A stretch of DNA of 64,000 nt from Chitinophagales bacterium (GTDB lineage: Bacteria; Bacteroidota; Bacteroidia; Chitinophagales; JADIYW01): assembly GCA_023957215.1 (NCBI GenBank), contig JAMLHH010000013.1:15111-79110 (forward strand), written 5' to 3'. The translations under genes and the position numbers were made by a program. Shown piece after piece: positions 57,417 to 64,000 of this stretch (the first letter of the stretch is position 1; every line of letters starts with the position of its first letter). The notes beneath the pieces are model-generated. The model was not told where the DNA came from and made no database searches. It saw nothing but the letters and a program-made list of their open reading frames with translations.

Positions 57417-57727
57417 TGTGGAACTATCTATGAAACATTCAATATTGTGGAAAATGAAAATTATAAGCTTATTCAACAATCATAACAAATCATCCACATA
57501 CCTATTTTTAATAAATGTTAGGTTTTTATACAGTCAATTCACACAAAGTGGTACAGTTTTTTAAGTAAGATTTATGTAAATAATAGGTATCAACACAATG
57601 TTAGTAAACTACAAACTCATTTGATTTACTTATATTTGCAGGCGATTAAAAATGTGGATAGCAGATTAAAAATATTAGTAACGAATTAAACAAATAAATT
57701 TTCAAAAAATCTTTCGACAAATCCACA
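57417..57727. promoter_or_regulatory. Cluster of five DnaA-box-like 9-mers in an AT-rich 465-bp intergenic region (candidate oriC or DnaA-regulated region)
   Basis: The boxes are TGTGGAACT 57417-25, TGTGGAAAA 57446-54, TCATCCACA 57490-98, TGTGGATAG 57653-61 and AAATCCACA 57719-27, each 1-2 mismatches from TTATCCACA. There is also a duplicated GATTAAAAAT (57644 and 57664) and a nearly pure A/T stretch at 57741-57785. Confidence 0.35.
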
Positions 57728-57785
57728 CCGCTAATAAGAATAAGTAATAGATATTTTTTAAATACTATATTATAATTTATATATT

Positions 57786-58792
57786 ATGGAAACAGTTTTA
57801 GATTTAGAGACCATTCAGAAAGTAGGATATGTAGATGAACCTATCGATCCGACTATTGATATATTTGAAGAAATAGAAAAACTCAAAAAAGAGAAAAATG
57901 CTATCTTGTTGGCACACTATTATCAAGATGCCGATATCCAAGATGCAGCAGATTTTATCGGTGATAGTTTAGCTTTGGCTCAAATGGCCAAGAAGACTGA
58001 CGCTGACATGATTGTTTTCGCAGGTGTGCATTTCATGGCAGAAACGGCTAAAATTTTGTGTCCAGAGAAAAAAGTAGTTTTACCGGACTTGAAAGCTGGT
58101 TGTTCACTTGCTGATTCCTGTCCACCGGCTGCGTTTCAGGCTTTTAAAGACAAGTATCCTGACCATGTAGTCGTTTCCTATATCAATTGTAGTGCGGAAA
58201 TCAAAGCTTTGAGCGATTATATCTGTACTTCCAGTAGTGCAGAACATATTCTCAATGCCATTCCGAAAGACAAAGGTATCATCTTTGCACCGGAATTCAT
58301 TAGAAACTAGGTGGATATCTCAAAAGAAACTCAATAGGGATATGATTTTGTGGAATGGTTCGTATCGTCTACGAAATTTTTCTTTTGGATAAAATCAAAA
58401 TCCATGTTGAAAATCCGGGTGCTTTGTTGATTGCCCATCCAGAATGTGAAGAACAAGTACTCAATGAAGCAGATTATATCGGTTCTACCAGTGGCTTGTT
58501 AAAATATACAATTAACAGTCCGGCAGATACTTTTATCGTAGCTACAGAAACAGGTATTTTACATAAGATGATGCTCAATAGTCCACACAAGACATTTATT
58601 CCTGCACCACCTAACAATGCTTGCGCTTGTAACAATTGTCCGTATATGAAACTCAATTCTATTGAGAAAATTTACAACTGTATGAAATACGAACAACCAG
58701 AAATCATTTTGGACGAGGAATTGAGACTTAGAGCAAAATTACCTATTGACAGAATGCTTGAAATTTCTGCAAAGGCAGGATTGAAATTGTAG
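57786..58792 (+). pseudogene. nadA: Quinolinate synthase NadA, disrupted by three small deletions
   Basis: The N-terminal ORF (57786-58310) and C-terminal ORF (58355-58792) both read as NadA ([30 protein letters not shown] / LIAHPECE, ACACNNCPYMKLNS). The homologous path FAPE..RN|LGGYLK|KKLNRDMILWNGS|IVYEIF needs frame changes 0 to 2 to 1 to 2 near 58306, 58321-58325 and 58361. The Cys of the conserved W-x-G-x-C-x-V-H motif is missing. Confidence 0.75.
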
Positions 58793-58814
58793 GTTAGAGC
58801 CAAGATTATTCAAA

Positions 58815-58907
58815 GTAATGAGTAATGGGTATTGAGTAATGAGTATTGAGACTGTTAGTAATGAGTATTGAGTAATGGGTAATGAGACTGTTAGTAATGA
58901 GTATTGA
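58815..58907. repeat. 7-nt tandem array (GTAATGA/GTATTGA/GTAATGG), 11 units interrupted twice by GACTGTTA
   Basis: Phasing was verified base by base. The array starts 23 nt after the nadA stop. Confidence 0.9.
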
Positions 58908-59003
58908 CACTTTACAATCTAACTTCAAACTTCTAATTTCGTACTTTTAACATCGTACTTTCTAAATATCCGTATATTCCATTTTTATGCAATAAATCAC
59001 ACT

Positions 59004-59065
59004 ATTCACCAAAAAACGGTATATTCGGTGAATGTATTCACTGAAAATCCGTATATTTAGTGAAT
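59004..59065. repeat. Set of four alternating ATTCAC(C)/(G)GTGAAT arms plus three copies of CCGTATATT spanning the anmK 3' end
   Basis: The arms are ATTCACC 59004-10, GGTGAAT 59027-33, ATTCAC 59036-41 and GTGAAT 59060-65. CCGTATATT/CGGTATATT copies lie near 58970, 59018 and 59049. The last copy is inside the anmK coding sequence (…FTKYTDFQ*). Confidence 0.7.
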
Positions 59066-60114
59066 CCATAAATCGCTCCACCCATACTATCATTTTTTGC
59101 ACCGGTGACAGACGATAAAAAATTGTTTTTATTGAGATATCTCATCCATCCTACAAAAGCAATTATCAAAGCTTCTTTAAAATCAATGATTTCCAAATCT
59201 GGAATTATAATTTCATGTGAAGAGTAATGTCGAATTCGTTCGACTAAAAATGAATTGTGCACTCCACCACCCGTTAAAAGTGTTTTTTCTAAAATATGAT
59301 GACTCAATTCTTGTGCAATATGCTCTATAACCGTCCTAAGCTTATCTTTAATAGGAGATTTTGTTTTTTCTATAAGTGTGTACCAATCTGATAAAATATG
59401 TTCTGTACCTAAAGATTTTGCATTTCGTTCCAGATAGAAAGGAAGTGAATTTAACTGTTGCAAAAGTTCTTGATCTATACTTCCACTTTTTGCAATTTCA
59501 CCTTTTGCATCATAACTTTTTCCTAATTGCTGTGAGAGCAGATTGAGTAAAGTATTTCCTGGACAGACATCGTAGCCTGTTATCCTTTTGTCTGTATGTA
59601 AAGAGATATTACAGATTCCACCAATATTGATAAAACTTTTGTATGCCGGAAACAAGTACTTTTCACCAAATGGTACTAAAGGTGCACCTTGTCCACCGAG
59701 AGCCACATCTATTGTTCTTAAATCACAGACCACCGTCTTTTGTGTCAGTGCAGAAAGTGTCGCTCCGCATCCTATTTGAGTCGTAAAACCTTTTTCCGGT
59801 TGGTGAAAAATAGTCTGACCATGAGAAACAATCAACAAAACATCTTTTGTATCCGGATATTTTTGAAAGAATTTTTGTACGAATTGGGCTTGTATTTTGG
59901 CAAACTCTGTGTGCATTTGTGCTAATTTGTATGCACTTTCATTGGGTAAATTTCTAAGTCTGTTGCGAAAAATATCATCATAATCAAAAGTTTCAGCTTG
60001 TGTAATTTCAAATTGCCACTGACTATTTTCTTCCTTTAACTTAACCACACAAATATCTAATCCATCCAAGGATGAACCTGACATCAAACCCATCACTTTG
60101 TATTCTGTCATCAA
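59038..60114 (-). CDS. anmK: Anhydro-N-acetylmuramic acid kinase
   Basis: 358 aa with the N-terminus GLMSGSSLDGLDI and an ASKHA-fold motif, LLTGGGVHNSFLV. Confidence 0.88.
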   Translation of the reverse strand: MMTEYKVMGLMSGSSLDGLDICVVKLKEENSQWQFEITQAETFDYDDIFRNRLRNLPNESAYKLAQMHTEFAKIQAQFVQKFFQKYPDTKDVLLIVSHGQTIFHQPEKGFTTQIGCGATLSALTQKTVVCDLRTIDVALGGQGAPLVPFGEKYLFPAYKSFINIGGICNISLHTDKRITGYDVCPGNTLLNLLSQQLGKSYDAKGEIAKSGSIDQELLQQLNSLPFYLERNAKSLGTEHILSDWYTLIEKTKSPIKDKLRTVIEHIAQELSHHILEKTLLTGGGVHNSFLVERIRHYSSHEIIIPDLEIIDFKEALIIAFVGWMRYLNKNNFLSSVTGAKNDSMGGAIYGFTKYTDFQ

Positions 60115-60140
60115 TCGAAATTACTGATATAAATTTATAA

Positions 60141-60176
60141 AAAACAAAAAAGCTGTCCACAAGTGCAGACAGCTTT
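60141..60176 (-). terminator. Rho-independent terminator after the 60198 beta-barrel gene
   Basis: The minus strand reads AAAGCTGTC-tgcacttgtg-GACAGCTTT-TTTGTTTTTT, 22 nt after the stop codon. Confidence 0.75.
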
Positions 60177-60197
60177 ATACTTTTTATTTTGGGTTTA

Positions 60198-60977
60198 CTA
60201 TCCTTTGGATCGACCACCGATTTTATAACCGATAGTAGTTTGCAATATCATATTTCGATAAGCGCTTGGTGGAGCAGTAAATTCTTTGACAAAAAAGTCC
60301 ACTAAACCGGCATTTAATCTGACATCGAAATTGATACCATTTTTCAATTCGTAATTACCTCCTACATTGAGACCAAAATCCCAATCTTTGATTTTGTCAC
60401 TTTCGTTAAAAGGCATCGTACCTTCCACTTCCAACGAATATTCAGGATTGTATTTATCACCGAAATAGATATCTTTTGCAGTACCAGTCATTTGCTTTTT
60501 AAAGTTGTAAGCTATATAAGCACCGAATGATAAAGACCAACTCTTATTGAAGTGATAGATAGCAGATATAGGTAAACTGATATATCTATTATTGAAAAGA
60601 CCATTCTCAACAAAAGCTTTATCTAAAAATACGGTGTCTATCCGTGATGTTTCCTGACCATAGATATACTTTTCTACATTACCGATGTATTCAAATTGTG
60701 AATAAGGTGTGGCAAATCTTGTTTTTAAAGAATACATTTCTGCACCGATTTGTAAGCTCCATTTGGGAGTAAACTTGTGTGAGAAAAACATTCCTAAGGA
60801 TGGAGCCGGTAGTGGTAATCCTGTTGCTCCTTTTGGCATTGCTCCTAATGGAAATCCAAATGCAGCACCAATTTTTAATCCAGCGGTGTTGTAATTGACA
60901 TTGTTTTTTACCCTTGCATTCAAATTGAAAAATGAAATACAAAGTAAAACCAATAATAAGCTCTTTAATGTTTTCAT
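60198..60977 (-). CDS. Outer-membrane beta-barrel (porin-family) protein
   Basis: 259 aa with a signal peptide and alternating strand pattern. Function unknown. Confidence 0.6.
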   Translation of the reverse strand: MKTLKSLLLVLLCISFFNLNARVKNNVNYNTAGLKIGAAFGFPLGAMPKGATGLPLPAPSLGMFFSHKFTPKWSLQIGAEMYSLKTRFATPYSQFEYIGNVEKYIYGQETSRIDTVFLDKAFVENGLFNNRYISLPISAIYHFNKSWSLSFGAYIAYNFKKQMTGTAKDIYFGDKYNPEYSLEVEGTMPFNESDKIKDWDFGLNVGGNYELKNGINFDVRLNAGLVDFFVKEFTAPPSAYRNMILQTTIGYKIGGRSKG

Positions 60978-60989
60978 ATCTAAGAGATT

Positions 60990-61787
60990 TTAATTATAAT
61001 ATTCTACCTCTACATCATCAATGTATAAGGTATTTCCCGGTTGACCTTTAAATTCATCACCGGCTTCACTTGAAGAAAAGTAGATAACCAATCTATCAGA
61101 TGGCTTTTCTAAATTTCCTTCTTTATATACAACATCATACTCAAATTTTTTGTAAGTATTTGTTGCATCTTCTTTATAGAATAATTTTCTACCAAATCCG
61201 ATGGTATCAATATTCTTTCCACTTCCTGATGTGACAAAACAATAAGCACTGGCACTATCACTTTCTATAGAAGTAAATTTATAATAACCACTTACTTTTT
61301 TGGGTTTTCTTGTAAAAGGTTTACCAAACTTCAATGTATTCAGTGGATTTTGTATATCCACTTTGAAATCACCTGAACAAATTGTTGCAGCAGTTACGGT
61401 CGGTTTTCCTAATAATTGTCCCAAGCCTGTTACTAACTTAGCTGCATATCCTGTTCTTGCATCGGTGCCGCTAACTCTAAAGACAGTCACTGGAACTTTT
61501 GCCAATCCTAAATCTCCGGATCCTTGATTGGGTGTTGCCCAAAAATCTTCATAACAAGGATTGTAATAAGTTTCAGAATTTTGCCCTGCACTTTTACCGG
61601 TGTACCAATTTTCAAAACTTAAATTGGGAATATCATCAAATATACCATCGGTAGGACGAAGGACACAATTATTCAGAGGCGGTATTTCTGTATCGTCTTT
61701 TTTAGAGTCTTTTTTACATGCGCTAAAACTAATAGCACCTAAGAAAAATATGGAGGTTATGATGACCAATTTCTTCTTATTCATCAA
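60990..61787 (-). CDS. PCMD-like (putative carbohydrate-metabolism domain) lipoprotein
   Basis: 265 aa with the lipobox AISFSACKKD. The motifs LSFENWYT, YYNPC and WATPNQG are typical of the PCMD family as I recall it. Confidence 0.5.
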   Translation of the reverse strand: MMNKKKLVIITSIFFLGAISFSACKKDSKKDDTEIPPLNNCVLRPTDGIFDDIPNLSFENWYTGKSAGQNSETYYNPCYEDFWATPNQGSGDLGLAKVPVTVFRVSGTDARTGYAAKLVTGLGQLLGKPTVTAATICSGDFKVDIQNPLNTLKFGKPFTRKPKKVSGYYKFTSIESDSASAYCFVTSGSGKNIDTIGFGRKLFYKEDATNTYKKFEYDVVYKEGNLEKPSDRLVIYFSSSEAGDEFKGQPGNTLYIDDVEVEYYN

Positions 61788-61929
61788 TAATAAAGTTTAT
61801 TGCAAAGTTAAACCTTATTTTTAAATTGTACTATACCCATAAATGACTACATAATTTTGTTTATAATTCTGATACTTATGTTACACTTACATTTAGTTTT
61901 TCTATTTTAGTCGCATATTAACAAGAAGC

Positions 61930-62835
61930 ATGCTGGATCTTTTTAAATATTGGATGAAATGGTGGAGACACATTTTAATTTTTTGTGTAGTGGCTATTAT
62001 TTTGAGTGTGATAGTTTCTTCACCTTTTATAATGAAACCGTATTATCAGTCAAAAATAATTTTTTATCCTGCAAATCCATCTATTAATGACAGAGGTGTA
62101 TTATTTAATGAAAGAAACGTTGTTTTGGACAACTTTGGCTCTAAAGATGATATTAATCGTTTTTTATCTATTGCAAATTCCGGAGAGATAGTCACTTTTA
62201 TGGTAGATTCTTTCAAATTGAGAGTACATTACCGTATCAAAGAACCGGGATATTATTATGTCAGTCGTGAATTTAGCAGTAATTATAAAGCGATTAAAAA
62301 TGATTTGGGTGCCATAGAGTTACAGATTATGGATACCGATCCGGTTTTAGCTCAAAAGATGGTAAAGGCAGCTTTACATCAGATTGATAAAATCTATCGT
62401 CAAATTGTTTCCGAAAATAAGAGAGCTAATTTTGAATTGCTTAATAATGAGTCAGAATGGGAGAGCCGAGCTTTAAGGTTGTTAGCGGATAGTCTCAACC
62501 GTTTGAAAAGTCATTCCGACTATTCTTATGATAAGGACGGTAATTTGATCGGTGATGAGTCTCTGCGTATGCTCAACAAACAGTTTGATGCACAGAACGA
62601 TTATGTCAAGACACTTTATTTTTTAACTAATCAATTTAATATCAGTTTGTCGGATAAATATCCCAGTGTATATATTGTAGAAGATGCTGTCGTACCTGAA
62701 AAAAAGGTAAAGCCTATCAGATGGTTAATTGTTGGTTTGACGGCTGTGGCTTCTTTTATCATTGCGACGATTATCATTATATTAATTGAAATTATACAGC
62801 ATGTCCGAATTACAAAGGAGACTTCGGAGTTCTGA
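61930..62835 (+). CDS. Wzz-like polysaccharide chain-length determinant
   Basis: 301 aa with one N-terminal and one C-terminal TM flanking a coiled-coil-rich periplasmic region. Its context is next to an O-antigen ligase-like gene. Confidence 0.55.
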   Translation: MLDLFKYWMKWWRHILIFCVVAIILSVIVSSPFIMKPYYQSKIIFYPANPSINDRGVLFNERNVVLDNFGSKDDINRFLSIANSGEIVTFMVDSFKLRVHYRIKEPGYYYVSREFSSNYKAIKNDLGAIELQIMDTDPVLAQKMVKAALHQIDKIYRQIVSENKRANFELLNNESEWESRALRLLADSLNRLKSHSDYSYDKDGNLIGDESLRMLNKQFDAQNDYVKTLYFLTNQFNISLSDKYPSVYIVEDAVVPEKKVKPIRWLIVGLTAVASFIIATIIIILIEIIQHVRITKETSEF

Positions 62836-64000
62836 GTTTTCAATTTATAGTTTTTATATTTTGGGACTTTTTGTTCTAATAGGAATGGCTGTTTCTATTG
62901 TGACAAAAATTTATTATTTGTCATTTTTTGTTCCTGCCATCATCATTTTATTTACTCTTTCACTCAGAGTAGAGTGGTTAGTTTATACCTTTCTTTTGGT
63001 ATTGCCTTTTACAATAGAATATGAAATAGGTAGTTTTGGAATAGATTTTCCTTCTGAAATATTTTTAATACTCTTAGCCGTTTTTGGCACTTTTTGGCTC
63101 TTTGGACATCCTCAAAAAGCTCAAAGAATCATTACACATCCTTTGGTTGTTTTTTCAAGTCTGCATCTTATCTGGGTGTATTGTTGTGTCTTGTCATCAC
63201 AAAACACCGTAGTGAGTCTAAAATATGCTTTATCCAAATCTTGGCATTTGATTGGCTGTATCATTGTATTTTATTGGGTGACTCATTCAATTAAAATGTT
63301 ATGGCGAAGCCTTTTAATTTTAATAATTTCTACGGCAGTGACAATTTTTATTATCAATATAGAACACGGTCTTCATGGTTTTACTTTTGATTCTATCGGT
63401 AGAGCTTGTCATCCTCTTTATAGAAATCATGTCATTTATGGAGTTTTTATCGTGATGATTTCACCTTTTTTATTTATTTTGAGAAATCAAACATTGAAGC
63501 ATTCTATTTATAGACTTTTTGTTGATTTGTTGATATTTCTTTATTTATTAGGTACGGTTTTTACTTATACGAGAGGTGCCTGGTTAGCATTACCGGTGAT
63601 GTTGGGTGTTTGGTTTTGTGTAGAACACAGACTGATTCGTTTTTTGTATCCAATAGGTGTTCTTTCTGCTGTTTTCTTTTTTTTATATCTGTCAAAGGAT
63701 TATCATTTTTTAAAGTATGCTCCTAATTATGAAAAAACCATTTATCACGAAGATTTGGGAGATCATTTGTCCTCCACTTTTGATGGTGAAGATTTATCGA
63801 CGATGGAAAGATTTCATAGATGGATAGCGGCGTTTCGTCTTTTTAAGGAACATCCTGTTATGGGAACGGGACCGAGTACGTTTGTCGATTTATACAAGCC
63901 ATATACATCTTCGTACTTTGAAACTTATGTGAGCGAAAACAAAGAGCGATCTACGGTACACAATTATTTTATCTATGTTTTGGCAGAGCAGGGTGCAGTG
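62801..64000 (+). CDS. O-antigen ligase/polymerase-like membrane protein (second copy); its 3' end is cut by the window edge
   Basis: My own translation from ATG 62801 gives 400 open codons to the window end: MSELQRRLRSSEFSIYSFYILGLFVLIGMAV...TYTRGAWLALPVMLG...ERFHRWIAAFRLFKEHPVMGTGPSTF...HNYFIYVLAEQGAV. It is absent from the ORF track because it has no stop codon. It overlaps the Wzz-like gene by 35 nt. Confidence 0.7.
   Translation, partial: MSELQRRLRSSEFSIYSFYILGLFVLIGMAVSIVTKIYYLSFFVPAIIILFTLSLRVEWLVYTFLLVLPFTIEYEIGSFGIDFPSEIFLILLAVFGTFWLFGHPQKAQRIITHPLVVFSSLHLIWVYCCVLSSQNTVVSLKYALSKSWHLIGCIIVFYWVTHSIKMLWRSLLILIISTAVTIFIINIEHGLHGFTFDSIGRACHPLYRNHVIYGVFIVMISPFLFILRNQTLKHSIYRLFVDLLIFLYLLGTVFTYTRGAWLALPVMLGVWFCVEHRLIRFLYPIGVLSAVFFFLYLSKDYHFLKYAPNYEKTIYHEDLGDHLSSTFDGEDLSTMERFHRWIAAFRLFKEHPVMGTGPSTFVDLYKPYTSSYFETYVSENKERSTVHNYFIYVLAEQGAV

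Noticed and set aside
56485-58907. Possibility that the short tandem arrays (8-mers at 56.6 kb, 7-mers at 58.8 kb) are CRISPR arrays
   Set aside because: The repeat period is only 7-8 nt with no unique spacers, there are no 24-48 nt repeats, and there are no cas genes in the window.

Overview
Low-GC (about one third G+C by eye), densely coding chromosomal segment with clear Bacteroidota hallmarks: type IX secretion (T9SS) parts, PorP/SprF genes, type A and type B C-terminal sorting domains, a Bat operon, and no obvious Shine-Dalgarno sites. I support about 50 CDS. From left to right: a complete MoxR/DUF58/VWA Bat operon (1-7723, minus); folA-thyA; a PorV-family barrel followed by a 1658-aa C25 (PorU-like) peptidase and a polytopic membrane protein; housekeeping genes (tyrS, Nudix, LMW-PTP, FKBP, MscS, a tRNA methyltransferase, MeaB, serA); an MbnP/MbnH-like pair; a TetR-TolC-HlyD-MFS efflux operon; a repeat-rich junction holding an orphan antitoxin-like ORF; a stand-alone single-module type I polyketide synthase split into KS-AT and KR-ACP-ACP ORFs (33446-38358); mnmG; a porP/type-B-cargo/porP trio; recN; a TonB-dependent receptor; guaB; LPS/O-antigen-type genes; nadD; a decayed nadA; and anmK. 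I found no rRNA, tRNA, CRISPR array, transposase or integrase. The best candidate for something undescribed is the orphan PKS module. It has an abnormally GC-rich 5' end, a frame break exactly at the AT/KR junction, a hairpin-repeat and toxin-antitoxin scar on its upstream side, and an efflux operon next to it. Other points worth a second look are a cluster of five DnaA-box-like 9-mers in a 465-bp AT-rich gap (possible oriC), unusual 7- and 8-nt tandem word arrays around nadD and nadA, the nadA pseudogene, and the PorV/PorU-like pair. All calls come from reading the sequence and the supplied translations; no database search was run.
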